Shown: positions 48,707 through 62,045 of the stretch, piece by piece
How the letters are laid out: each line of letters opens with the position of its first letter
How positions within the stretch are numbered: position 1 is the stretch's first letter
Source: Amoebophrya sp. A120
Lineage: Eukaryota; Protista; Dinoflagellata
Direction: 5' to 3'
DNA length: 64,000 bases
Assembly: GCA_905178155.1 (NCBI GenBank)
Contig: CAJINV010000013.1
Coordinates: 486,344-550,343 of the forward strand
The notes under the pieces: generated by a model
Database searches by the model: none
What the model was told of the DNA's origin: nothing
The model's input: the letters and a program-made list of their open reading frames with translations, nothing else
Program-made: the position numbers and the translations under genes

Positions 48707-50404
48707 GTCGAAAAAGTGATCTGATTACTTGGAGTTAAACTACACGAACAACAACAAAATCAATTTGGAAACAAAAAACAACATCACAAATTACGAAGTA
48801 AAAATGTATGATATTAAAACCTAAATGCGACGAGGAGACTACAACATCAACTCGAAGACAAAAATATCTCAGTCGCACAGCCCAATCAGATTACCATTTA
48901 CGAATTTTTTCGAATAGAAGCTCTGGTCAACCTGTAGAAAGAGAAGAAATCTTTTTGGAACTTGCCACTCTTTGGAAATCAGCTGAGTTTATGATGCTTT
49001 GTCTTCAGCGCCTTAATCCGTGTTGACGGCATTGCTTCATTCAGTACTTCATCTGCTAGTACACCAATTTCTTTCGAGTGGTTTGTTTTACGATTTTTTA
49101 CCTCGTTGTGCAGTTGAGATGCGCGTGGATCAAGACTGTTACGACTCCATCTCAGAATCAGACACGATTTTATCAAAATCATAAATAGGTTTCGCAAATA
49201 GAATGCATAGGAAAAAATAAATCCGATGTACACACTAAACGGGATAATTTTCGAAGAGAATACGTCAGTTGTAGTTATTCTCTCTCTCAGTTCTACCCAA
49301 AATTGTTTTCTTATTCTTCACGCGCTTCTGTATCGGTTCTATTTTTCGTTTGCCGCAACAAGATTTGCAAATTTCACGCTCCTGCCAGGCACCATTTTAG
49401 TGCGACGCGAAATATACTTAGAAGCTGGCTCTGGAGTTTTTGTTTACCTTAGTGGACAAATCGCAGGCCTTTACTTGGGTGCGTGTTGAATCAGGTACAA
49501 TATATAACGATCTCGACCATTATTTGAGCACTACCCGAGATTTTCAAGTTTGCACAGTATCACACTTTTGGGAACCCACGATTAACATTTATTCTTGTCA
49601 TAGGACCAAGCTGGAAAAGGGTTTGTTTGCCTAAGTTTTTAACCAGCTTTTGGTTACCAACTGGCTCATGCAGCTCTCTTTCGGTGCTGGTCTCTTCGCA
49701 GTGTCACCACCCCCTTTTGAACAAATTTGTCGTAGCTCTCGTACTTTTGATAGCAGTATTCTTGAGCGGCATTTCAGATGACGAGGTTGCTTCTTGCAAC
49801 CCGACACGGAGATTGCGAATATTGCAGCGGCCTTCAAATAGATAGGAGCTCGGCGAAGAATGTTTGACCCCCGGAATCGTTTGAAATTGAAATATTTGTC
49901 ATAACAGCGTCCCTATCTTCCCCGGGACTTTGCGAATTACAGTAAGGGTTGAACGCTTCACCCATCTCTGTGCTGTATGCACTTTCCATTTCCAATCACA
50001 GAGGTAAGGTGTTTTCGAAACGAAGAAAAGACCAGTTCCATCATCGGTTCGCATCTTCTTTGGATCATCTTTTAGGTGCAGTAACTCGCAGTGGGTACTA
50101 GGACTTTGTCATTCTCGTTTTCGTTAACCACAAATTTATCGCGCATTTCGGTGGCTGATTGCAAATCGGTTTTTTCGTTACCTTGAGTGCTGTACCTACA
50201 CGCAAAAACAGTCGTAAATGCCAGAGGAAGCAACCTTTCACCTCTGTACTGTCTGTGCTATGCTGTGAATGAACTCTCGTATGCTAATGCTTGCGCGCAT
50301 GAATATCCGAGGCGGTCTATTTTGATGCGATGTGCCTGCAATTGGTATCGATGTCGTGCTTTCGTTTCTCGGGGCCGTTCGTGAAAGGCTTGACCTCCGC
50401 ACGC

Positions 50405-50440
50405 CCCCCCCCTAGTGCAGGATAAATGATGATGATGATG
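50405..50440 (+). repeat. Dispersed repeat end with (ATG)n tail, copy 2
   Basis: CCCCCTAGTGCAGGATAAATGATGATGATGATGA matches 35262-35297. Confidence 0.5.
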
Positions 50441-50630
50441 ACGTAGAGCGCCCGGGCCAGACGATGCGACGTTGCAGTGGTACGTGAAAACGTTAAAAAT
50501 CGTTTCTATGGGTCGTTGTGTCCAGTACCAGTTTTCGTACCTTAAGTATCACTATTAAGTTTGCGATAGGTAGTGGACAGGTCTATTTGTCAATGTTCAT
50601 CTCTCTAATGTAGAAGTTTTTCCTATCATC

Positions 50631-53600
50631 ATGGACGACGAAGCGGAAAATTTGCTTATCGCCCCTATTACCGGCGACACACCAGCCGACGACCAGGATC
50701 TTCCCAGATTGTTGAGACAGCTGCGGACCGACGATTTGCTTTTTGGTGGGCGCCGGCATCGAGACAAGAGCACTTCTGCGGAAAACAGACATGCGGATTT
50801 CCTGAGCGAGCCTGATTTTGAAAAAGATTTGCTAGCGCAGAAGTACACTCTCTTTGCCAACACAATCGCCATCGGAATCAACGACGAGAGAGCAGGGAAC
50901 AGGCTGGTGGGTCATGACGAATCATCCTCGGAGGACTCTTCTGCGTCAAGTCAAAGTGGTAGCGAGGGTGGCAGTGTGTCCTCTAGCTCGATGGATGACG
51001 AAGAATTCGATGCGGTTTTTCTGCAGCAGCTTCGCGACGTGGTAAAAGTAAACTCTGCACGACGAGAGAAGGACTGCGCTGCTTCGGAAAGCGTAATAAA
51101 GCTAGACCTTCCGCAGCCGTTACGACCCAAAACGTCGAATAGCAGCAAGCGCAGCATATTGGAAGATCTGGGTTTGTCCGCTGGCTGCGTTACGGTGCAA
51201 GACGACACAACGTCGAAGAGGAGCACTGCTAATTCTGCAGCACAGCTAGAGCAGCAGCAGGAGAATCGACCAACGTCACATGCATCTTCAGATGACAGGG
51301 GCGATAGAAGCAAGATCGGAGATGGTCGCTCGCTTTCGCAGGGGCATCCGCGAAGCTGCAACTTCACGGACACGAAGCCAATCGGGTCGAAAAAGGAAAA
51401 ACTTGGCCGGGAACAGCAGACATCCAGTCGTTCGAGGGGGTCGCAAAAGTCCGCGTCCAGTGTGGACCGACCACGGCAAAGCGTTCCGAAACCGACGGCC
51501 TGGACGAAAGCGGAACAAGTACCGAGCGATGAAGGGCGAAAGAAGGGTACACAGGATACTACAACACGGCCAACTACAGCTCCTGTCACGCGCGGAGACC
51601 GGTCGCCCAAACCAAACCTGACTGCCCAGGGGCAGATGAAGCAACAGTCGAGCGGCGCGACCACACCAGTCAAGATGAAAACAACGCTAGTACCCTCCGC
51701 TGCTTTCGCAAGTCCAAGTAGTTTCAAACCTCGGGCTAGGACGACTATGTTGAATAAAACGTCAACCTCAACCAGTAGCAGTGCAGCAGCAAAGGAGGGT
51801 AAAAACGAACATGACAGCAGGTTTAGTAAATCGAAAGTTCGTGGTCAGATCCCGCAGGAAAGTAAATCATTGCTCGCGCCAGTTTTGGGTTCATCAAGTT
51901 CCGCAGCACTTACAAATTCTTCTATTTCATCTTCAGTTCCGCAAAATAGCTTTAACCGAGGGGATCTTGACCTCCAGTTGAAGCAAAAGCAACTTCTCGA
52001 CACCGCAACAGAAGTGAAGAAAGCGAAGGAGGCACTGAAGGAAGCGAAGTTGAAATACGAAAGCCGCCCGGGCGGGGATGGCGTAGCCGTTAAACGCATG
52101 CTACAGGTGTATGAACGGATGCAGTCTAGGTTGACGAGACTCGAAAAGCGCGTGGTTCGAGGGAAACCAGGTGCGAATGCCGATGCAGCAGCTGCAGCGA
52201 CGTCCTCATCCACGGGAGCGATTCCCGCGAAGGCTCGCAGTGTCGGGCCATCTATCGGACTTGCAACTTCTGGCTCAATGATCTCCGTTGGCGCAACAGT
52301 AGAGCCAGAAAAGACCACGCATGCGAGGCCGGCAGCAAGTTCGTCAGAACATCATCGCCGAGTAGAACAATTTAACAGGTCTAGGTCGCCACGGGTGTTA
52401 CTGCCCGCTCCGGTGGAGAGGAGAAAAAGCGCCATCGCGGTTTTGTCGCCAGCCGCAGTTGAGACGCGGGCGGAGGCGACACAGGAAGTTGTAGAGGACA
52501 AGAGCAGCAGATCCACAACTGTGCGCAGACGTTTCATCTCTGAAAGTAACCGGCAAACAAGTCCGCGCGTCGTCACACGATTGTCTTCGACGCCAATCGG
52601 ACACGACCAGACACGCGAGAACGACGCGGTAAAAACAAGAACTGATGAAAAAGCACAGGACAGAGCAGTAACAAGCGTACTACGGCCGGCGACAGAGCAG
52701 CGATCCGTTACGCCACCCGTCGCAAGACTCGGAGTCACGACTAAAAGTAGACCCGCGCCCAAAAGTCCGCCGAAAATCGGTTTCGGGCGGAGCGTTTCTC
52801 CACGAGCGAACCCTTCTGTGACAAGGACCTCGCCACGACTGCCAGTGCCGCGCAAAGTTGTGGAGCAACACGTCCAGCAGACAAGCAATGGCGTTGTGGC
52901 GGCAACACACCACCATCACCAAGAGTTGAAAGTCCCAGTGGTCAAAGACAAAACGCAGCAGGTCGTGAACAGCACCGTCGCAGCGCTAAACTCGAACAGA
53001 AATAGCCACTTGCCCTCAACATCCCCAACAGTCGTCGCGTCCTCATCTTCAAGTACCTCTGGAAATAATAACGCGAGGAGCGGCGACCCACCAGCAGTAG
53101 TAGTCGTTCATCAACATCAGCCCAAGGCGAAGCAGCCCGTACCGAGGCAGCTTGATGAAAGCGGGAAGGGAGAAACGACACAGACTGATCTCGAGAACGA
53201 TGAGGCGGCGTACATTCAGAGCTTGTTCCACTGCAAGAATGGCGATAATAAAGACGGAAGATTTATTTCAGCTGCTGGTCGAGCTGGTAGTGCATCCACA
53301 TCCAGCGGCTTCCCTTATAATTCCGCAACCCGAGCAGGATCTTCATTCGGATTCCTTGGCCCCGCGGGTGTCAACATGAAAAAACAACACTTCGTCCGTC
53401 CGACGGCGAGCAGCATCGCCAGAGAGATGTCCGTGGCGAAGGCACGGGAGGAAAAGAAAGAGAGGCTGCAAACGGCCGCGCAGGAAGTAGAACAGAAGGC
53501 GGGGATCGTCGTTTCGGTGGGAGGACCTGCAGGTTCGGCAGTGGTAGAGCGGAACAAACACGTTCTTGGGAACAAAATGAGTTCGAGTTCGACGCGGCCT

Positions 53601-56182
53601 TTGAGAGGACGTGTGAATAAGAAAACTTCGCAGCAGCCGCTGCTTTTTTCGCAGGATCACGGGGAAGCTGGTGATCAGGAAGAAGACGCTGATTTCTACC
53701 GACCAACGACGCTTGCTCAGGAGGAGGAGAATGGTATGATTTTTAGGCTGTATAACGAAGTACATGCGCAACTTGGAGGACGGTACTGTTCTCAGTATGC
53801 TTGCTTCATACAGCTTCCACAACATAATTAGGCTTAGGATAATAAATTCTCTTTGTTCACTTAACATTTACAGCTGCGTCCTCCAGCCTGCAGGCCACCG
53901 TCGAGCCGAGCGTCGTCGAGCGTGTCGGTGAGCTTGGCGAAAAGGTACTAGAATCTGTAGTACTTGCGGCCTCAACCACTGAAGGCGTTATTGAGGGAGC
54001 AACGGTCGCTCCTGCCGCATCAATAGCACCACCGCTTGGCAGCAGTTCTAAGGACAACCGCGAACCTACTGCTGCAGAAAGTTCTTCTTCCAGGGCAAAA
54101 AATGGCAATCAAAAATCAGTAGAAACAAGGCCGCAAGAGCTGGCCGCTCCGGCATCGACGTCCGCAGTAGAGCAACAAGTTTCCGCCGCGTCTTCCACTT
54201 CCGCTTTCGAGCCCGCGCTTTCCGCACCGCCTCTCGATCTGCTGTCCCGGGTCGCGGAACTGCCTACGGACGAGGAAAACGAAGAATTAGATGCGTTGTT
54301 CCGGAAGGTTTTGCAGACCGTCCTGACCGAAAGCAATCAAAACTCGCCAGCAAATCGGACACGATCTTTGCTCGAGAAGAACGGAGGAGTGATTTCAACT
54401 TCCTCTGCTGGTAGACCAGCACGGAAGATGAACGCCGGTAACAACACAACCGGTTTTCAGTTCAAGCTGAACCAGGACGCGGTAGACAAGAAAATCAGCA
54501 CTTTCATCGAAAAAACCATCGACGAAGACGCGACGCTGGTCGACCGAATCGTGAACTCGAAGGAAATGTCGCGGTCCAAATCCAATCCGGTGACGATCTT
54601 CGATCAGATCGAGGAACTCGGTGCGTCGCCGGCAGAGAGAGAAGAGAACGACGACCGGCATCAGGAGGTCCTGCAGATGGAATTGCATCCGTTTTTCAAT
54701 TCCTTTTCTCCGGAATTAGACACGACCGAAGCGATTTGGATAGCGGAGCAACTCTGCGACCTGTCCGCGAAAACGACCAAATGCCTGCACTCCCTTGCGA
54801 TCAGCGCGCACCGGGATCGGGGGAACAATTTCGACCACACAATGTCGACGGCCTCCGCAGCCGGAGATCTGAGAAATGCAAAAATGAACAAGTACGGGAA
54901 CAGCAGCGGGTCGCTGGCTAGGTCGGTCCTGGAATGCTGCAGCTGCGGCACGGAATCCGCCGGGACTCTGCACACGATTTGCACAAACCTACTGCAGAAC
55001 GCGGAGCAGACGCTGCCATTGTTGGAGCAGCAGGCTGAGTTGTACAATAGTGAAATAGTAAGTCCCTCTACGCAGCTTTCAAAGCCGCTGATTGGGAACA
55101 TTCTTTACATCACTTTTCTGCCGATTTGCAGGTTGCACGACGTTCTAACAACGCTGCGGAAAATCATCGTGACCTACTACACGGCGGCGCCGACCTTCTC
55201 CCTGGAATTGCTGGAAGATCTGAAGCAGAACGCGCGAACCGTGGAGAAATACGAGAACCAAGCGATCCGCAGCTACAACCGGCTGAACAACGCTTTCGTG
55301 GACGAAAACGACCGAAAAGCGGTGCGGATGGCCGCTTTGGTCTGCTGGCAGACGTTTCAGGGGGGAAATTTCCTGAGTTCCGAGTACCAGATGGGCGTAG
55401 CAGCGATGTCCTCGTCGCATACGGTCAACAAACCTGTTCCGATCGACATGGGACCCCAGTACCCGCTGTACCAGTCCAGCAGCGTCCCGGCGATCATCGA
55501 CAAGGTCGGCGATATGCGGTTCGGGATTGACCCGTTGCATTTACCGATGTGGAAAAACTTAATCGTGCCGAACTTCCACGCGAGGACCAACCTGTTCGCG
55601 AACATTCTGGAAAAGCACCACGACTCCGACCACAAGGAGCACCCGGGGCCGCTGTTGACGCCGAAAATAGGGGAAAACTTCGACCCGCTCGCGATTTCGC
55701 CCTTGAGGAAAATCGACGGGACGAACGACAGCAATTACATGATGAAATTCGTGCGGAGCCCTGACGTTGCGAAGAAGATCTCCGACATTCAGGCGCTCGA
55801 TTTGCGGAAGGCAAGCGTCGACCTGGCGCAGCAGCGACTGTGGGCGGAGAAGGTGAAGAAGAACAAATTTTTGAAGTACCAGTCCCCCGCCCACGAAACG
55901 GTCAAGCTGCCGGGGTTGGACAAACTGAGCCTCCCCGGGTCCCCGCCGGTAATCGGATTGAAAGCGAACCCCTGGCCACCGCGAGACTTTGCGGCGTACG
56001 AGGCCATGCAGAATCGGGTGAAGTTGGCGCCGAAGAGTAAAGCCAAACCGAAGGCGAAGGCAGCAAGTAGTGGCGCCTCGTCTTATCAAAAACCCCAGGC
56101 GAGACCCTATTCGCAGCACGCTGCAAAGGTTCCGGAAAAAGCTGCAGATTTGTGGGATTCGTTGCGGGAGAAGCATGCGTGA
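50631..56182 (+). CDS. Large hypothetical protein (~1,800 aa), low-complexity N-terminus. Exons 50631-53733 and 53874-56182
   Basis: Two long ORFs joined in frame by GT-AG intron 53734-53873. No family recognised. Confidence 0.65.
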
Positions 56183-57308
56183 TAAAAGCGATATGCGGAA
56201 GCTTTCGGTCATTACTGCTGCCAGTAAAGAAAAAGTTTATCACCACGATCAGGGTGGAAGGTGACTGTTATAAGTTAAAAATCTAGTACAAACATGCTGA
56301 AACTGAAAGCGAAAGAAACCGAGTCTCGTGCTGCTCCGGTCACAAGAGTGACTGTCAGGTGCGAAAACAGTCAACATAGTGTCATTCAGAAAGAGAAAAA
56401 ATTCCCTTTATTCACTTTCAAATTTATTGCAGACTCTGACTCTTATTAATTGTTGCTTCGTTGAAATTGTTTGATATTTTTCCAAAAGTTTGCCTCTTAC
56501 ATGTGTCTTAAGCGTCTCGATCTTCATCGAAATCCTGTACTACGGACAGCTGTTGAATCGTAACTGTAACAAATTAGATTGCTTGCCATCTACCTCTTTG
56601 ATCTTACGTTGGGCGAAAAATGTGCTGTTTCTCGTTTCAAATTCAATCGTCAACATGATGGCGAAGAAGTACTGTTGATTTTGACGTTGCCATGACATTT
56701 TCCTAGAACAGTGACAGGGTTAGTTGCAGACCCGATGAACAAAATGAAAAGCGAAAGTACATAGAAAATGTCGAAGCTATCGTGGCAACGCATTGAATTT
56801 CGAACGTGGTAGTCGTGTCAGTTTTTTTTCTTCGTGAAAGAATTGAATTCAGTGACTTCGAACAAGAACCTCCTTCTACTTACATTCGTCATGTCTCTCT
56901 CTCTCTCTGGATCCTCGTTTTAGTTTGTTGGCATCACTCACTTTTTCCTTTTCGTGATCGTGGGACCATACTCATTTCGTCGCATCGTGTATGAGCCTTT
57001 GGTAGATACCGCGAAGCTGCGCGAAGATTTATAAAAAACGCAAAGTGCCAATTCGTTTTTACGGACACTCTGTTCTCCTTTGAAAGAAGAAAAAAAAATC
57101 TTTTCCATTTCTGAAATAAAATTTTCATGCAAACTCGTTCAGTTTTTTTTTGGGAACATTCGACATCAGCCGGGGGGGTAACCCAAGGGGACGGTCTATA
57201 ATAAAAGTTGAAGTAGAGAACAATCTTCTGCGATAGTACTACTCTAGGGCGAAAAATAGCAAGTAGTAGGGACGAGCAGTTTCAGCAGCTAGCAAAAACG
57301 CAATCAAC

Positions 57309-59052
57309 ATGTCGCTCGGGGAAATGGACATGAAGACGCGGTTCATCCCGAACCAGATCCATCTGACCAGTACTACGTTCAGGACGCGCAGGTCGAAGTC
57401 GCTCGACCAGCAAACCCTGCTGATCGAAAACGTACCCGGTCGCGCGCCCAGGGACGTACCAGACCGCGCGACGGTACATCCGCCGCGAAAGCCCAGTACG
57501 ACCTACCAGGTAACCTGCTAGAGGACTTTCGAGCGCTTTACGTTGTGATTAGAAGTAGAGATGGAATTCGTTATATTTTAGATGAACGGAATCTCTGAAA
57601 TAATTCAGATTGTAATAAAGTATGGCTTAGTTTTGCCTTTGCCAGCAAACCCTTGTGCGGTCAACGCGATACAATTCGAATTCCAAATGAACAACGAACA
57701 GGTAATCAATGCTCCTCCAGACCGTGTGTATGGCCAAGTCTCGCGCACGAAGTTTTTACGACGCTGATCAAAGATTGTGGTGGGCTTTGTCATGTATATC
57801 CCAAGGTGTATTTGTTTCGTTTGCAATCGGAATCACGAAGAAAAAAATGCGATCGGATTTGTAGAGTGCATGGCATGACATGCAACATACCACCACGATC
57901 TTTTATCGCCTTCATAGAATGGTGGTGAAGCCACGACGCAAGATGCGAATCAAACGTGGTGGGAAAGGGGGGAACACTGGAATCGTGACAGCAACATCAA
58001 ACGATGGAATTTTCAGGAGGTGCGAAGGAATGCGGCACAGGTAAAGATATGCTGTAGTGATGAAAATGATTTTTTGATGCTCTGCACCTGCAGAGCAGGA
58101 AAAATGATTTTTCCCGCACGTCTGGATGAAGGCACGAAAATCCTAGTTGGGTTCTCTTCGATCGTTTCATTTTTTTCAATCCGCAACATACGAATGCAGG
58201 GATCGCACGACGTTCACCGGCATGAGCAGATCAACCACGAGCGACTCGCCGCCGACCGTGAGAACCCGGTCGACATGTTTAAAACGTGGATTCCGCCCCG
58301 GAAGTACGACAAATACAACCCAAAACCGGGGGCGGCCCGGGACTCCTTATGAAATGCAAAAATGTCATCTGGGGCTGGAAGGTCATAACTTGTCATGCTG
58401 TCTGTGGATCCTAAAAAAATTTGGATTGCATATCACCATCAAGAGGGGTCGGAATTGTCCTACGTAGAGAGGGCATTTCTCATGCGGTAGAGGTATCACA
58501 AAGCCCTCTGAAAATCAGTGATGCTACGGCTTGCATCACAGACATCATGGCTCATGGAAAATATGCATGACAAGTCTAGAAATCTTCCAGACCCAGACAT
58601 TTTTGCACTTGATACTCCTGCGGCATCCACAACCAGCTCGCGCGGAAAAATACCGAGTACGGCTGGTGCTACGACTATCATTTGTAAAAACGTCCCCACC
58701 CCAGAGTTGTCATGCAGATTTGCACTGACAGGAACATTTGTAATGCGCATCACTATGAGAGCAATTTCTAGTCGTGTTGTGGCATTTGTAATGCTGTAAC
58801 CAGGATCAGTAGATGGATTTGTGATGCGTTTTCCCTTGCTAACCTGCACTACACTACGGACGGCAACTCGTGATGCATGAGTCCCAAAACTTCTAGGTTT
58901 GTGTTGCAAAATCCCCATCTTGACTCTGGTGTGGGGACGTTTTTACTCAGGATAACGACGGCGACTCGACCCGGCCCTCGGCGATTTACACCAAGAAGTT
59001 CCAGAAAATGGGCGAAGATGCGTTCCGGAAGCGGGGGACGTGGGTGATCTAA
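57309..59052 (+). CDS. Small hypothetical protein (~165 aa). Exons 57309-57509, 58200-58347, 58620-58675, 58960-59052
   Basis: GC3-rich exons join in frame through one GT-AG intron (57510-58199) and two introners, ending KRGTWVI*. Confidence 0.75.
58348..58614. mobile_element. Introner family A copy (opposite orientation to the villin copies)
   Basis: TATGAAATGCAAAAATGTC..GGGGCTGGAAG / CTTCCAGACCCAGACATTTTTGCACTTGATA; perfect direct repeat CTCCT. Confidence 0.94.
58676..58954. mobile_element. Introner family E
   Basis: TIR TATCATTTGTAAAAACGTCCCCACCCCAGAGT / ACTCTGGTGTGGGGACGTTTTTACTCAGGATA; perfect direct repeat ACGAC. Confidence 0.94.
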
Positions 59053-60276
59053 GCAGACTACAGGACAAGAAGTACAGATGGGTGGTTCAGGTTCTTAAAT
59101 GAGTCAGAACAGTCAACAGTAGCCGTGCATTTGCTGTTCTATTGCAGGGTGTTGCACGTGGTCATGGAGTCGTGTAGCTTCTGGTTTTGTTTGAGCTGAG
59201 CGCTTTTCTTGCGCAGATTTCAGTTTTCGCTTTTAACCTCATGTTTCCGTTGATAAGTACAGCATTTCGCTTTTATTCTATTTTTTTACGCTTTTGAGCA
59301 CTCTTTGGGAAAATTTTCTGCTAAATATTGCATCGCTCTACGTTGATATTTGCATACTTTTTTGAAACCATGCATCCATATCCACTCTCACACCAAACTT
59401 GTACATATTTTTGAGTCGAAGTGCCATCGCATGCGATACCGAAAACTGTACCATATTTTTGTTTGCCCCTAGTGGGTTATTTCTAGTAAGAACTGGAAAC
59501 TGGTGTTTTAGGCGCTTTTTCCCTCGCTTGTGAGGCTAAGGAGTGTGCTGCATGTCGATTTCATTCTGTTCTGTATTCGTTTTTGTATTGTTCCCGCTGT
59601 CGGTTTACGTCCTTCTTTCCCTGCTCTCATGCAGGTTGCAGATTCTTTCGTCACAAGGAACTTATTGGGATGGCTATCTATGTTGTGTCACTTCCTTTCC
59701 ATGCATTTGCATGGTTGTCGTTCATCCGTCCACCCAAGAAGATCGTTCAACATTGGTTTCTTCGTTTTTCGTCAACTACGGCCCGTCTCGTGCTCAACAC
59801 TTCGTGCAGGAAAGCAAAGAAACTGCTTCGGTAGCTGCTCTGGAGCTGCGGTTTGTCTGTAGGTGTACGTGATGTTTATTTGAAATTGTAAGAAATAAAA
59901 AGCTGTGCTGTCGGTCATTTCGTTTGTTCTGCTGATCTTTCGTGAAAACCAAAACCTCCGAGTAGCTGTCGCTGCAATAACGAGAAGATGAATTATCAGT
60001 GCGCGTTATGTAGTCTTCGTTCAACCAGCTGACTTTGTCTGCGATTAGGAGAACTTTTGATTGGATTTTCTTCTTCTTCACATCACAGGAAGTGTTTGAG
60101 CCAGCATGCATTTTCACTTATTCCAACGAGTGTGCAGCGTGTGCAGCTTCCCGGCAAAATAAATTACGATCGTGCAGCACAGCACCCAATCACTTTTATT
60201 GACTCTTAGCAATTCGAAGCGAGACAGAGCCTCAACAGCTTTATTCTTCTTTACAGCTCGCAAGCGCAACATTAAA

Positions 60277-62045
60277 ATGCCGCGTCTTTCGGAGATTCGG
60301 GGCGCAATCTCCAAGAACAGGAAGCGCATGGAGGAGCGCAAGGAGAGGATGACGCACCACGCATCGGTCCAACACGGGATGTCCCAGGTCAGCTTCAATG
60401 CAGCGGATCTCGACAGCGAAAAGCACGAGCATGCCGAGACGTTTTTCGCGGAGCACTTCGGGGAGCACGTGGCCGGGTTGAGTGGCGGTGTGAGGCAGTT
60501 CGAGAAGGGACAGGGATTAAAGGAACGTAATGGAAAAAGTTTTTGCTGCTCGTCCACGGATTCATTCTTCATATTTTTGCTTGCACAGTAGAATTTGAAG
60601 TATTGACTTGAGGCTTTGCATGTTGATGTCGATTCACGATTGTGCTTATTGTTATTTCGCAATACAACTACACCTTACTACTTTCATCACCGGCGTATAC
60701 AAAAAAACTTTCACTTCCACCTACAGGTAAGGTCAACGACATGAATCCTGTGAAGAGGTTTCTGTACCACCTGACCGCTGCCCCGCTTTTTGAAGGGTTT
60801 GTGATGCTGGCCCTCGTGCTGGACATTTTTTGCGTGATCTCGGCGGAGCAGACCTCCGCCGGCTTCGCCTTCAAAGATCACAGTGGCTACACGACAGCCG
60901 CGGACGAGACCCTGGTGCTTTTTTACAACCACGACACCAACAGCGTGGGCAGGAACGCCGGATTTCCGGTTTCCCTTGCCGCGCGGCGACAGCTGGGGAC
61001 TACTTCGGATTATTCGGTGGCCGAATCATATGACAGAAGCAGGACGCTGCTGTACAACAGTTACGGCGAAGGAGATGTTGAGATGACTCAAGAGCAAACT
61101 GCTTTGTTCGCCGAGGATCAAAGTGGTGCTTTGGCAGAAGATCATACGGAAAAACCAGCACCTTGGTTTATTTCAGCCCTCTTCTCCTCCTTCGCGGTTC
61201 CAGATGAAACAACTATTTCAACATCAAGGAGAACGACCCGTCTCCTCGCCTCCTCCGGACCGAAAATTTCCAAGTGCTACGTGGCGTGGGCCTACGACTG
61301 GCACCACTTCTTCGTGACCTTGTCGAAGATTATTCTCACTTTTTTCATCGTGGAGATTTCCGCCCACGTCTACGTGAACGGTCCCTACGAGCACTTTTTC
61401 GTGGGCCACGGGTCGAAATTCAACATCGCGGGGCACTGGATCGACGCCTTGGTGGTGCCATCCTCCTGGTTGATCGAGTTTTTTTTCGAGGAGAAGTTCA
61501 ATGGGATCGGGTTCCTGATTTTTCTCCGGCTCTGGCGCGTGATCCGGATCATTGCCGGGTTCTATCTCTCCGTTTCCATGATGCAGGAGCAGCACCACGC
61601 GTACGAGGAGCTAGCGGAGTTTACCAACATGGTCACGGGGTTTCTGGAAGACTGCGACCTGATGAACAAGTTCGAGCTGTACGAGGAGAAGTGGCACAAG
61701 CGAAAATCCGGTTACGGCTTCGGCTCCACGCTGGAACTGGGGCACGCCGCCACCAGCTTGGAATTGTCGAAACCGAGGGGGCCGGCGCAGGCGCGGGAGG
61801 TAGACGGTTTGACAGACGACGACGCGCCGGACGAGGGCATGTCTACTCCAAAGGACGGAGGTGCTGTAGATGGTGTACCTGGAGAAGCGAATGCAGAGGA
61901 CACCGCAGCCACCTCCGGCGCACCGGTGGTGAAAAAGGAAACGCGGAAAGAGAGCATTGCGATCGCACAACGCTTGGCCACGGAAATCGCGAGAATGGAG
62001 GCCAAAGGGGAAAGTTTGCCACATCCCGCGGATCTCGATGTCTGA
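60277..62045 (+). CDS. HVCN1: Voltage-gated proton channel Hv1-like. Exons 60277-60526 and 60727-62045
   Basis: Four-helix voltage sensor with no pore domain; S1 Asp (LALVLDIFCV); S2 FIVE; S3 WIDALVV; S4 signature RLWRVIR (RxWRxxR). GT-AG intron 60527-60726. Confidence 0.85.

Noticed and set aside
55058-55131. GTAAGT...TTGCAG candidate intron
   Set aside because: It is 74 nt; removal would frameshift a long open frame.
60509-60726. GA-AG intron in Hv1
   Set aside because: A same-phase GT donor at 60527 explains the junction.
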